A stretch of 64,000 nucleotides of DNA from an uncultured Alphaproteobacteria bacterium (GCA_944390885.1 CALXRP010000007.1:8756-72755), one strand, 5' to 3'. Counted from the stretch's first letter, positions 53,793 through 63,808 are shown. Notes: generated from the sequence alone by a model not told the origin. A program made the numbers and translations.

Positions 53793-55844
53793 TTACTGCC
53801 CGTTGAGCTGCAGACGCTTGGCCAGCAAAGCATCTTTCAGAATTTGCGGACTATAAAGCAACGCGATTTCTTCTTCTCTGGTAAAATCAGCTTCTAGGCC
53901 GTGATTGATAAAATTCTCAAGCTTAATCTGGGCTCTTTCCAAATCCGAAGCCTTAATTTCCGGTGCCGGACCGTTGGTTTCCAGCATCATCAAATGCAAA
54001 TTGTTCATAACGGCATCGGTAGCCAGCAATTCCGCCCCCTGATAAGGACGCTGAGTTTTTTCTGCCAGAATTTCTTTAGCTTTAATTGCTTTCTGCAAAA
54101 TTTCCGGCAGCTTTGCCTCTTCGGGAATAATAAAGAATTTATGCTTTGCAGCCCATCTTCCGGCTTTTTCATAAGATGAAATCATGGAAATCGGAATAGA
54201 CAGCATTAAACCGACCGTGATCGGCAGCATCCACCAAAACAGATCATGCGCATGATACCAGACGACAATCGTCGTAACAATCCCAAGCACCGTATGCCAG
54301 ATATGACGGCGGAAAGCCTCCGCAAAAGACGTTCCCGTTTCATCACGGTTTTGCGTATTCCAGCTCACGGCGTTTCCGGTCAGAATGTCAAAAACAAACT
54401 TGCTCTGAAACATCATCATAATCGGGGCAAACAGCGCGCTGATAACAATTTCCGAAAAAACACTCTTTATTGCGCCCAGCCGTCCTCCGATAAGCTTTTT
54501 GTCTTTGTTTTGCAAAAGATAAACAATCAACCCGAGGAACTTGGGAAAAATCAGCATAAACATCGACAAGATAAACAAAGCGATTGTTCCGATCTTGTCA
54601 AAAATCGGCCAGGTCGGGAAAAGGGTGTACGATTGCGGAAAATAAATCGGCGGAAAAATCTCGCGGCCGAGAGCCGTCATCAGGCCGACCAGCAAAAAAC
54701 AGAGCCAGATCGGCGAAGACAAATAAGACATAATGCCGATAATAAAATGAATCCGGCTGACAGGGTGCAGACCTTTGGAAATCAGCACCTTGATATGCTG
54801 CAGATTCCCCTGGCACCAGCGGCGGTCGCGTACGGCAAAATCAATCATCGACGGCGGACATTCTTCATAGCTTCCTTTCAGCTCAGGCAAAAGCCAGGCC
54901 GACCAACCGCCCCGTCGGATAAGCGCGGCCTCCACAAAGTCATGGCTGAGAATATGCCCTCCGAAAGGTGCCTTTCCTTTCAGCACGGGCAGCCCGCAGC
55001 AGGCCATAAAAGCCTTAACCCGGATAATGGCATTATGCCCCCAATAATTACTGTCGCCAACCTGCCAATAAGCCAGTCCGGCAGAAACAATCGGGCCATA
55101 AACTTTTCCGGCAAATTGCTGAATCCGGGCAAATAAAGAATGTTTGTTGATGCACATCGGCGGGGCTTGAATAATGCCGGCATGCAGATTAGCCTCCATC
55201 AGCTGCGACATGGTCAGCATTGTCTTTCCGGTCAGCAGACTGTCAGCATCCAAAACAATCATAAAGTCGTATCTGTTGCCCCATTTGATGCAAAAATCCT
55301 CAATATTACCGCTTTTCCTGGCCGTATTTTTTGCTCGGCGGCGATAATAAAGATTTATCTCCTCCGGCATAAGTTTTCGAGCTTCAAGCCAATGTTTTTC
55401 TTCTTCAATCCAGACTTTCGGATTCGTCGTATCGCTCAAAACAAAAATATCATAAGCCTTGCCTTGCCCGGTTTGCTGCAGTTCCTCCGCCATGGCCAGC
55501 AGGTTGGCAAAAACGCCGGTGGAAGATTCGTTATAAACCGGCATCAACAGTGCGGTTCTGGTTTGAAGCCTGGTATCTTCCGGCACCCAGACAACGCCGG
55601 GAACTTTCCTTTTGCGCAAAAGCTCAATAAAACCGAAAATGCTTGACCAAAAAAACAGGGCAATCCAGGCAAAGGTCAAAATAAACAAACCAATCATCAG
55701 TGTTTTGGTCAGCCATGTTGAATCGCTCGGAATAACCGTAATCCATTTCATCGTTGCCAAAAGGGTGCTGACAAACATCAGCCCGAAAACTTTAATCCTC
55801 CGGTTGCGGATTCTTTTGGGATTAATCGGAAAATATTCTTCCAT
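53793..55844 (-). CDS. opgH: glucans biosynthesis glucosyltransferase H
   Basis: 683 aa with a GT2 core, DAD (LDADS) and QxxRW-type (RDRRWCQGNLQH) motifs, flanked by TM segments. OpgH-like throughout. Confidence 0.9.
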   Translation of the reverse strand: MEEYFPINPKRIRNRRIKVFGLMFVSTLLATMKWITVIPSDSTWLTKTLMIGLFILTFAWIALFFWSSIFGFIELLRKRKVPGVVWVPEDTRLQTRTALLMPVYNESSTGVFANLLAMAEELQQTGQGKAYDIFVLSDTTNPKVWIEEEKHWLEARKLMPEEINLYYRRRAKNTARKSGNIEDFCIKWGNRYDFMIVLDADSLLTGKTMLTMSQLMEANLHAGIIQAPPMCINKHSLFARIQQFAGKVYGPIVSAGLAYWQVGDSNYWGHNAIIRVKAFMACCGLPVLKGKAPFGGHILSHDFVEAALIRRGGWSAWLLPELKGSYEECPPSMIDFAVRDRRWCQGNLQHIKVLISKGLHPVSRIHFIIGIMSYLSSPIWLCFLLVGLMTALGREIFPPIYFPQSYTLFPTWPIFDKIGTIALFILSMFMLIFPKFLGLIVYLLQNKDKKLIGGRLGAIKSVFSEIVISALFAPIMMMFQSKFVFDILTGNAVSWNTQNRDETGTSFAEAFRRHIWHTVLGIVTTIVVWYHAHDLFWWMLPITVGLMLSIPISMISSYEKAGRWAAKHKFFIIPEEAKLPEILQKAIKAKEILAEKTQRPYQGAELLATDAVMNNLHLMMLETNGPAPEIKASDLERAQIKLENFINHGLEADFTREEEIALLYSPQILKDALLAKRLQLNGQ

Positions 55845-55846
55845 CG

Positions 55847-56293
55847 TCAGTCCTTTTTGCGTTTATGAAAAATTTTGCTGATAAAACCGTGCGGAGCCTC
55901 GATTTTTTGGGGCTTCATCTCGGCAAAGCTGTATTCCGGAGCTGTTGCAAACAATTTTTCCTGTGCCACGGGATAAAATGTTTTTTCTTCTTCGCCAAAG
56001 TTAAAATCACGGTATTTGTCTTTGGACGAAGAAACCAAAAAGCCAAACTTATACTGCGCTGTCAGCAGCTCATCATCCAGCCGGCTGCCGGGAAAGGCTT
56101 TTTGGGCCTTTTCCAAAATAATCTTGTCCAAAAAGGCCGAAATCTCTTGCTTTTGCGCAGAGGCCTCCCATTTTTTTAATATCTCATTTTCAGCAGCTTC
56201 AAGCGGCCTTCCGGAAAAGCCGAGATTTTGCAGATAAGCGCGAATAATATCCCGGCTGCTTTGAATTTTTACGGCAACCATTGATAACTCCAT
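55847..56293 (-). CDS. hypothetical protein wedged between opgG and opgH
   Basis: A 148-aa ORF that overlaps the opgG 3' end by 25 nt and stops 2 nt before the opgH start codon. No family recognised. Confidence 0.5.
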   Translation of the reverse strand: MELSMVAVKIQSSRDIIRAYLQNLGFSGRPLEAAENEILKKWEASAQKQEISAFLDKIILEKAQKAFPGSRLDDELLTAQYKFGFLVSSSKDKYRDFNFGEEEKTFYPVAQEKLFATAPEYSFAEMKPQKIEAPHGFISKIFHKRKKD

Positions 56294-57837
56294 ACTTCAG
56301 AAACATCTTCGGTACCTTTTTTCAAGACGATCCTGATCTCCGACGTTTTGCCGTTCGGCCTAAAGTCCACATAAGCGGTCAGGCCTTTTGTCAACGGATT
56401 CAACATCAGATGCGAGCCGACAATTTTTCCCTCGCTGGCAGAAGCGTCAATTCTGATCTCGTTGTTGTCAAAAGCCTTGGTAACGGCAGAAGACGGCGCA
56501 AAATCAACAACAAACTTGCGTTTTTCTGTTTCCAACATGCCGGAAACGCCGCCAATCCCCGTACGCGTAGCGGTAACGGCAACCGGTTTGTCTTTTTCGA
56601 ACGGAATATCAGATCCCCAGATCAAACGATATTGAAAATAATATTCTTTACCGGGAACGGCTTTTTTCTTAGGAACCCAATAGGCAACAATATTGTCATG
56701 AATTTCTTGAATGGAGGGGATTTCCACCAATTCAACCCAGCCTTTTCCCCAGTTGCTGATCGGCTCAACCCAGGCGCTCGGACGGAGTTCGTACATTGCC
56801 TCAAAATCCTGATAATGTTCCGGATCCGTATCACGCTGCATCAGGCCGAAACCCTTCGGTCCGTTGTCTTCAAAAGCAGAGATACGCAGATATTTTGAGT
56901 TATCCAGCGGCCGCCACAACCACTCGCCGTTGTTGTTATGTACAAGCAGCCCGTCGCTGTCATGAACCTCCGGCCGGTGATCGTCAAAACGGTTTTTGGT
57001 ATTTTCGCCAAACAAAAACATAGATGTCAGCGGGGCGATCCCGAGCTTATTGATTTCTTTACGCGGAAAAAGTTTTGCCTGAACTTCCATAACTGTGTCT
57101 TTGCCCGGAGCAATGGCAAAACTGTAGGCTCCGGCAACGCTCGGGCTGTCCAACAGGGCATAAACGATAACGGATTGAGATTTTCGCGTCGGTTTTTCCA
57201 ACCAGAACTCTTTAAAAATCGGAAATTCCTCACCGGTCTGAACGGCTGTGTCAATAGCCAGCCCGCGGGCAGAAAGGCCGTATTTATTACCTTTGCCCAG
57301 AGCCCGGAAATAACTGGCCCCCAAAAAAGAAACCAGCTCGTCAAAATAGCGGGCGGTGTTCAGCGGGCTGTGCAATCTGAAACCGGCATAACCGAGATTC
57401 TCAAGCTTTGTGGTATCAAGCTTGTTGCGGCCATAATCAAAAAACTGCGGAGAATATTTAATCGGATGGGAACGCCCGTTAATAACTTCATTAATCGGAA
57501 CCGAAACGTTAAACAAGGATCCGAGATGAAAAAACTGCAGCTCAAACGGCAGCCTCTGACCAAACCACGGGCCGTTATTACGGACAAAGCGAATATCTCG
57601 GTGTTCGTCATAATTGAGTTTTTTCACATCTTCCGGAAGATTCGTTCCCGGAGCAACATAAGGCTGCGCAGCAAGTTTCTTGGCCATTTCGCTGAGAACA
57701 TCATAGTCAAAAATTTCTCCCTCGGCAATAACCGGAACGCTTTCTGCCGAACGGTCTTTGATATAAAATTTCCAGCCTCCCCAGGCCAGGCCGGCAATAA
57801 TCAAAATAGCCGGCAGCTTCTTAAGGAATTTCTTCAT
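56269..57837 (-). CDS. opgG: periplasmic glucans biosynthesis protein G
   Basis: ATG at 57837 after an AAGGAGAAGAA RBS, with a signal/anchor sequence. MdoG-like sequence throughout (FRLHSPLN, FLGASYFRA, GLMQRD). Confidence 0.9.
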   Translation of the reverse strand: MKKFLKKLPAILIIAGLAWGGWKFYIKDRSAESVPVIAEGEIFDYDVLSEMAKKLAAQPYVAPGTNLPEDVKKLNYDEHRDIRFVRNNGPWFGQRLPFELQFFHLGSLFNVSVPINEVINGRSHPIKYSPQFFDYGRNKLDTTKLENLGYAGFRLHSPLNTARYFDELVSFLGASYFRALGKGNKYGLSARGLAIDTAVQTGEEFPIFKEFWLEKPTRKSQSVIVYALLDSPSVAGAYSFAIAPGKDTVMEVQAKLFPRKEINKLGIAPLTSMFLFGENTKNRFDDHRPEVHDSDGLLVHNNNGEWLWRPLDNSKYLRISAFEDNGPKGFGLMQRDTDPEHYQDFEAMYELRPSAWVEPISNWGKGWVELVEIPSIQEIHDNIVAYWVPKKKAVPGKEYYFQYRLIWGSDIPFEKDKPVAVTATRTGIGGVSGMLETEKRKFVVDFAPSSAVTKAFDNNEIRIDASASEGKIVGSHLMLNPLTKGLTAYVDFRPNGKTSEIRIVLKKGTEDVSEVWSYQWLP

Positions 57838-58010
57838 TTCTTCTCCTTGGTTAATCAGCATGCTGTTTTCACAAATACAGAGCAGATTTGCCCAAAAGTC
57901 AAGGACAAAAGCACCAATGTTTAATAACCTGTCCCGGGTGCCCTTGACAAGATTTGTCCGAGGATATAAAACAGTAAAAACAATAAAATAAACAATGTGA
58001 GTAAAATAGA

Positions 58011-58493
58011 ATGTTTAAGAAACTGGCAAATGAGTTTAAGACTTTCGCCATGCGCGGAAATGTCATTGATATGGCCGTCGGTATCATTATTGGCGCAGCT
58101 TTCGGCAAAATAGTCGATTCTTTGGTAAAAGACATTATTATGCCGCCGATCGGGCTGTTGCTCGGCAGCGTCGATTTTACAAACCTGTTTATTGTCTTAA
58201 AAAACGGAGCAACCCCCGCACCTTATGTTTCTTTGGATGCCGCTCGGGAGGCCGGTGCCGTGACCTTAAACATCGGCGTATTTATAAACGTTGTCATTAG
58301 CTTTATTATTGTTGCCTTTGCCGTTTTTATTTTGATCAAAGCCATTAATAGGCTGCAGGCAAAAATTGATAAAAAAGCCAAGGCAGATGCCGCCAAAGCA
58401 GAACCGGTTACCAAAGAATGTCCGTTTTGCTGCACGCAAATTCCGGTCAAGGCAACCCGCTGTCCGAATTGTACGTCCGAATTAAATAAGTAG
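58011..58493 (+). CDS. mscL: large-conductance mechanosensitive channel with C-terminal zinc-ribbon extension
   Basis: [27 protein letters not shown] is the canonical MscL TM1. The extra tail is [23 protein letters not shown] (CxxC...CxxC). Confidence 0.9.
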   Translation: MFKKLANEFKTFAMRGNVIDMAVGIIIGAAFGKIVDSLVKDIIMPPIGLLLGSVDFTNLFIVLKNGATPAPYVSLDAAREAGAVTLNIGVFINVVISFIIVAFAVFILIKAINRLQAKIDKKAKADAAKAEPVTKECPFCCTQIPVKATRCPNCTSELNK

Positions 58494-58554
58494 CTAAAAG
58501 CCAAACTCCCGGTTTCTCATTCAGAAATCCGGGAGTTTTTTTGTGCTCTGTTAA

Positions 58555-60210
58555 TTATCTGATGGTACAGCTGTTCTCTTTAACGTTAACTTTAGGAACG
58601 CACCATTTCTTATTGCCGGCCTCAGACGAAGCCTGACCGCAGTAGGTTGCACGTCCGTCCATCGTATATCCGGAACAGTCTGAATCAGAAGAACAGGATT
58701 TGACGGCGCAGGAATACCCACTGCTGTGGCTGCCATGGCATCTGATCAGGCGTCCGCTCGGCATAACGCCAAGATAATAAAAGCAGTTGCATCCTCCACT
58801 GGTTCCGACATAAGCCGTACTGCTGTCTTTAAATTTATATTTGCTTCCACCGCCAACTTTTGAATCTATCGTTGTTTTACAATCATTGACGCTCAATCCT
58901 TCAACACATTTTCCTAAACGTGTATTGCACCGGAAAAAATAACGCCATGGTAAACCTCTTGTCGCATAAGTTTTTGAGGTTCCTGGATAAGTATTGTTTA
59001 CACAGTCGTTATCTGTCCGACATTCGCTGCATTTTCCGTTAACGACATAAGGTGTGATTCCTGAGCAGCTCGGTGTCGCCGGAGCGGAGTTACATTTATA
59101 ACATTTAGTACTGCTTTGTACACCGCAGGAACATCTTTTATAAGATGTACTGCTGTATCCGTTAGAACAAGATGTCGAATATCCGCTCGGGCAAGAATAA
59201 CTGTGGCTGTGCGGCGGATTTGAATTACAGCGGGTACATCTGCTGCAGGAGTTGTAAGATGCACAACCATACGAGCAGGATTTAGATGTTACGGAACAAT
59301 CCGTATTATATTGGCACTGGTAACATCCCGTTCCGCATTCGGTTGTTGAAACTTTTACCCTTTTATAAGTCGAAGAACAAGAAACTGATTTTTGTCCTGA
59401 GCGGCAGGTATCGTTACATCTGTAACAGCTCTGTCCGCCGTTACATTCAGTTGTTCCGGCATAAGAACCGGTATAAGATGTACTTGAACCGGACGGACAG
59501 GATTTACATCTGTTACATCTTGACCCGCATTCGGTTGTTGTGGCATAAGAACCGGTATAGTTTTTAGAAGTCCCTGACGGGCAGGTATCATCACAGCAAC
59601 GATAACAGGTATAGCCGCAGGTATCCCTTCCTGATGATCCGCGTGACGGGTCACAGGTGACTTTATAATCGGTCGGACAACCGGCAGAAGGAGAAGCGGT
59701 ACAGCATTTGCCGTAAGAATTATCCCATGGACAACGGTTTGAGGTGGCATAAAGCCGTCCCGGAGAACAGGAGTTGACATATCCTTGTTCGCGGCAGGCT
59801 CTCGGCCGGTCTTCTTTACAACCTTTGTAATAAGGTTTGCCGTTCGGACATTGCCCGTTAACAAAAGACGGCAAAGAACAGGTCTGCGTATTATAGCCGT
59901 TATTCTTACACCATTTAACGGCATCACATTTCAAGTAATGTTCATCACGGGAACAAGTGCCGACTTTAGCCTGATATTGCGGACATTCACCGGAAGAATA
60001 GTAGGTATATCCTTCTTTCTCACAATACTCAGTATCGGAGTTGATGTTCATGTTAATATCACCCTGAACAACCTCATCATCCATACAATCGGGCAGAAAG
60101 CAAACACCTGCAGAGGCATTGGAAGGCGGGAGGAAGACTGCGAAAGCAGCGGCAACGGCAAAGGTTGACACCGCAGAGTTAAGTTTCATGTGTAGCATAG
60201 TGTTATTCAT
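58555..60210 (-). CDS. secreted, extremely cysteine-rich repeat protein
   Basis: 551 aa with a GGGAGGAG RBS and a signal peptide (...FLPPSNASA). I counted about 62 Cys by hand. A repeated module reads CPSG(T/S)S..YTGSYA.TTEC....C.RC. Confidence 0.7.
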   Translation of the reverse strand: MNNTMLHMKLNSAVSTFAVAAAFAVFLPPSNASAGVCFLPDCMDDEVVQGDINMNINSDTEYCEKEGYTYYSSGECPQYQAKVGTCSRDEHYLKCDAVKWCKNNGYNTQTCSLPSFVNGQCPNGKPYYKGCKEDRPRACREQGYVNSCSPGRLYATSNRCPWDNSYGKCCTASPSAGCPTDYKVTCDPSRGSSGRDTCGYTCYRCCDDTCPSGTSKNYTGSYATTTECGSRCNRCKSCPSGSSTSYTGSYAGTTECNGGQSCYRCNDTCRSGQKSVSCSSTYKRVKVSTTECGTGCYQCQYNTDCSVTSKSCSYGCASYNSCSRCTRCNSNPPHSHSYSCPSGYSTSCSNGYSSTSYKRCSCGVQSSTKCYKCNSAPATPSCSGITPYVVNGKCSECRTDNDCVNNTYPGTSKTYATRGLPWRYFFRCNTRLGKCVEGLSVNDCKTTIDSKVGGGSKYKFKDSSTAYVGTSGGCNCFYYLGVMPSGRLIRCHGSHSSGYSCAVKSCSSDSDCSGYTMDGRATYCGQASSEAGNKKWCVPKVNVKENSCTIR

Positions 60211-60247
60211 TTTCGGTCTCCTCCCTTATAAAAATTCTTTTCTTCTC

Positions 60248-60780
60248 GTCATCCCCGAGCTTCGACCCGGGGATCCATATTTCAAAGCACCTTGTTATTC
60301 ACAAACCCCGTCATAGTAACGCGGTCTCTGGAGCACAGTGCATTCAACTCGCCGCGCACCTGCCGTGCAGGTCATCCCCGGGCTTCGACCCGGGGATCCA
60401 TACTTCAAAGCACCTTGTCATTCACAAATCCCGCCGGAGTAACGCGGTCTCTGGAGCACAGTGCATTCAATTCGCCGCGCGCCTGCCGTGCAGGTCATCC
60501 CCGGGCGCTTTATTTTTTTAGTCATTGCCGGGCTTGACCCGGCAATCCATATTTCAAAGCACCTTGTTATTCACAAACTCCGTCATAGCATCGCGATCTC
60601 TTAGGCACAGTGCCAACAACCGATCGCTCAGGCCGGTGCCTGTGGATTCTCGGGTCAAGCCCGAGAATGACAAATACTTCAAAGCACCTTGTCATTCACA
60701 AATCCCGCCGGAGCAACGCGGTCTCTTGAGCACAGTGTATTCAATTCGCCGCGCGCCTGCCGTGCAGGTCATCCGCCGGG
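60248..60780. repeat. tandem array (about 4.3 units, 123-bp period) of a composite palindromic repeat
   Basis: Unit starts at 60248, 60371 and 60494 (GTCATCCCCG(A/G)GCTTCGACCCGGGGATCC + ATAYTTCAAAGCACCTTGTYATTCACAAA... + CGCCGCGCRCCTGCCGTGCAG). Later units are variant or partly inverted. Confidence 0.9.
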
Positions 60781-60911
60781 TGTGCCTAAAAACGACAATA
60801 AAGATACTATAGCACAAGAAAAGGCGTGTGTCAACCACATCTGAAAAATAGGATAGAATTTTTGGATAAAATAACAAAAAAGCTCTTCAAATTTTTGAAG
60901 AGCTTTGAGCA

Positions 60912-61427
60912 TTACAATAGAAAAATAACATCTTCATCATACTTTCCGTATTGAGTATGATCATTTTCTATAATTTTGAAAATCCTCTTGTCAGAACATT
61001 CTTCTTCAATAACCTCACAGTCTGAGAGGATAAATTTTGAACATCCTGGCTGAATTTTAACTTCAATTGCCTCGCCGTTTTTAATAAAAACTTTCTCTCC
61101 GTCAGGAAAAAGGATAACGGCATCTTTTTCATCACGCGTCATTTGCCATCCTTTCTGATGAAGGGAATAATCAATATTCATACCGGCCTTCATTGTAACA
61201 AAAGTCTGATATTGTGGCACAACTGCCGGCGGCAGAATACAACGAACGCGGGGAGTTTGGATTTTCCAGTCTGTAGATGTTGCAAAACCGGTGCCGTTCC
61301 AGCCGATAGAAAGAATCAACTCAGCAAAGCAGTTTCTTTCTGAACAACCAAGCATGGTTGCGACACATCTGGCAACTTGTTCCGGATTATTATAAACCGG
61401 CGCTATTTTTTTCTCTAATCTTTCCAT
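60912..61427 (-). CDS. hypothetical protein
   Basis: A 171-aa ORF with no family recognised. Confidence 0.45.
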   Translation of the reverse strand: MERLEKKIAPVYNNPEQVARCVATMLGCSERNCFAELILSIGWNGTGFATSTDWKIQTPRVRCILPPAVVPQYQTFVTMKAGMNIDYSLHQKGWQMTRDEKDAVILFPDGEKVFIKNGEAIEVKIQPGCSKFILSDCEVIEEECSDKRIFKIIENDHTQYGKYDEDVIFLL

Positions 61428-61556
61428 ATAATAATTCAGTTAAATAATTTATAATACAAAAACAGTTTACTTGTTTTGTAAATTTTGTCAAGAGCCAGTT
61501 GCGTATAAAAAAACGGCCGTCAAAATACGACCGTTTTTATTCCTTCCATAAATCGG

Positions 61557-61925
61557 CTAAGCTCTGGCCTTTTGTGCTTTTCTTTCTTCAACCAAACGGT
61601 TAAAAGCTTCTTTTCTTTTTTCATAAGCAGCATTTTCTTTTTCATATTCTTTACGAATTGCAGCAACTTCACCTTTTTCATTATCCCCGGCAATCATTTT
61701 TGCAGTACCTTCGGAAAATTCTCTTTTTTTAGCTTGTTCGGCAGCTTCTTTTCTCCGGCGGGCACGTTCGATTTTTGCTTTTGCATAAGCTTGATTGGCT
61801 TCTTCCAGATCTTTATTGATATGCTCTTCAATACCGCCGTCGCGGTCACGCAGTCCTTTCTTATGTTCGTCCATTGTCATAACGTTCATGTTCTTGTCGA
61901 CGATTTTTGCGTTTTTATCAGCCAT
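61557..61925 (-). CDS. hypothetical highly charged (K/E/A-rich) protein
   Basis: ATG at 61925 (MADKNAKIV...) preceded by a GGAGGG RBS. The longer 61976 start is unlikely. Confidence 0.5.
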   Translation of the reverse strand: MADKNAKIVDKNMNVMTMDEHKKGLRDRDGGIEEHINKDLEEANQAYAKAKIERARRRKEAAEQAKKREFSEGTAKMIAGDNEKGEVAAIRKEYEKENAAYEKRKEAFNRLVEERKAQKARA

Positions 61926-62058
61926 TTTTCCCTCCGGGGTTTTTAACTGTTGTTCCATATAGACAAAATACCACATTTTCTCGCCGGAAACAACAATTTT
62001 TATGTTACAATTATGTTACATAAATTACTTGCTAATCCATTAAAATAATGTTAATACT

Positions 62059-63207
62059 GTGAACAAATTACGCAAAAAGAAGCAGATAATGATAAAGAAA
62101 CTTCTAAAAATCCTTTCTTTTGCCTTTGTTTTCAGCCCGGCAGCCGTGCAGGCAGCGGTAAATGTTGCCGTCATTGCCCCGAAAGCAGGAGAATTCCGTC
62201 GTTTGGGAACAGAGATAATAGAAGGCGTCAGGATTGCCGTTAACGAGATTAATGAAAACGGCGGTCTTAACGGTGAAAAAATAAACCTGATTACGGTAGA
62301 CGACCAATGCAATGACCGTCTGGCGGTTTCGACTGCCCAGATGATGTCATTAAACACGTCTAAAGCAGATCGGATGAATCTGGTAATCGGGCCATATTGC
62401 ACCAATGCCTTTCAACAAGTGGCATCGATTTATGCCAAAGCGGGGATTTTCCAAATTATTCCGATCTCAATCAGCGCCCAGAATGCCGGAAGCAATTATA
62501 AAGGGTTGATAAAAATGGTCGGCTTTTCCGAGCGTCAGGGACAAGATTTTCTGGCCTTTTATCAGCGGCATTTTGCCGATAAAAATTTGGCCATGATTTA
62601 TGACAGTCGCCAAAGCGATACGATAGACGTGGCACGCATTGTCCGCAGCGAGTTTCAAAAAGTGGCACCTGCCGGAATCTTGCGAATGTATAACCTGGCG
62701 GATTACGGCAATGATCTTGATTTTCTTGCCCGCGATATTTATGACAACGGCGCCGAGGCTGCGTATATTCTCGGCCGTCCGAAATCTGTTGCCAAACTTG
62801 CCAAATACTTAAAGCAGGAAGATGATGAATTTATTATTTTCACCAATCGCTACCAGTCTCAGGAATCTTATGACAAAATCCTGGGCGATTTGGCGGAAGG
62901 CGCTTATGTCGTGGCTTTGCCGTCTTTAAAAGATGATCCCGCTTTTACCGAAACATTAGTGCGCCTGCGGCTGCTCGGGGTTGAGCCGGAGGGACTGGCG
63001 GTCTATGGTTATTCGGCGGTAAAATTATGGGAGTCTCTTGTTGAAAAAGCCGATTCGTTTTCCTACGAAAAATTGGCAGATGCCGTTAATAAAAACAAAA
63101 TAGATACAGCCTGGGGAGAAATGATGTTTAACAACGGAAACCCGGATAATTCAGTCCGTTACAGCGTTTATCAGATTCAAAACGGCGAATATACACAGGT
63201 TTATTGA
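62059..63207 (+). CDS. branched-chain amino-acid ABC transporter substrate-binding protein (LivJ/K type)
   Basis: Signal peptide (...SPAAVQA). VAVIAPKAGEFRRLGTEIIEGVRIAVNEINENGGLNGEKINLITVDDQC matches Peripla_BP_6 proteins. Start is GTG at 62059, or ATG at 62089. Confidence 0.8.
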   Translation: MNKLRKKKQIMIKKLLKILSFAFVFSPAAVQAAVNVAVIAPKAGEFRRLGTEIIEGVRIAVNEINENGGLNGEKINLITVDDQCNDRLAVSTAQMMSLNTSKADRMNLVIGPYCTNAFQQVASIYAKAGIFQIIPISISAQNAGSNYKGLIKMVGFSERQGQDFLAFYQRHFADKNLAMIYDSRQSDTIDVARIVRSEFQKVAPAGILRMYNLADYGNDLDFLARDIYDNGAEAAYILGRPKSVAKLAKYLKQEDDEFIIFTNRYQSQESYDKILGDLAEGAYVVALPSLKDDPAFTETLVRLRLLGVEPEGLAVYGYSAVKLWESLVEKADSFSYEKLADAVNKNKIDTAWGEMMFNNGNPDNSVRYSVYQIQNGEYTQVY

Positions 63208-63287
63208 TTTTTTTGTTCCTTTCTCAAATAATTCATATATAATTCCAAACACTAAAAACTTTTTCTAACAAACAAGGTAAAAATAAA

Positions 63288-63758
63288 ATGGCAGGAAGTA
63301 TTAATAAAGTAATTTTGGTCGGAAACCTCGGCGCAGATCCTAAAGTCAGCAATACCGCCGGCGGTTCAAAAATCGTAAATCTGAGCATTGCAACATCGGA
63401 TAACTGGACAGACAAAAACTCCGGCGAGCGCAAAGAACGCACGGAATGGCACCGCGTGGTTATTTTTAACACGGCTCTGGCTAATGTTGCCGAAAGATAC
63501 CTGCACAAAGGCTCCAAGGTTTATCTCGAAGGCCAGCTCCAAACCCGCAAATGGGAAGACAACAACGGGCAGGAACGCTATACTACCGAAGTTATTGTCC
63601 CGAATTTTAGCGGCAGCCTGGTTCTTTTGGATGCCAAAGGTGACGGCACCATGGGCGGTGACAATTCCGTCTTTACGCCGGCCGGCGGGGCTTCGGGCTG
63701 GGACAGCACACCGAGTGCGGCTCCTTCGGCCGATCTGGATGACGATATTCCGTTTTAA
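63288..63758 (+). CDS. ssb: single-stranded DNA-binding protein
   Basis: [14 protein letters not shown]...TEWHRVV OB-fold core, a Gly-rich linker and the acidic tail DLDDDIPF. Confidence 0.95.
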   Translation: MAGSINKVILVGNLGADPKVSNTAGGSKIVNLSIATSDNWTDKNSGERKERTEWHRVVIFNTALANVAERYLHKGSKVYLEGQLQTRKWEDNNGQERYTTEVIVPNFSGSLVLLDAKGDGTMGGDNSVFTPAGGASGWDSTPSAAPSADLDDDIPF

Positions 63759-63778
63759 GCCGCTGACAATCTTTTTTG

Positions 63779-63808
63779 GGGCGCTCCGCAATGGAGCGCT
63801 TTTTTTTT
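63779..63808 (+). terminator. intrinsic terminator after ssb
   Basis: GCGCTCC-GCAAT-GGAGCGC followed by a run of nine T. Confidence 0.8.

Noticed and set aside
54246-55136. Long plus-strand ORFs antisense to opgH and opgG (54246..55136, 55140..55646, 56281..56898 and 56938..57924).
   Set aside because: These are shadow frames of confidently identified minus-strand genes. Their R/K/N-rich composition is typical of antisense translation.
60248-60780. Possible CRISPR array, because of regularly spaced GC-rich palindromic repeats.
   Set aside because: The whole 123-bp unit is conserved between copies, including the would-be spacers. No unique spacers and no cas genes are present. The hairpin family is also dispersed singly at 43.0-43.3 kb. 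This is a tandem MITE/REP-like array.
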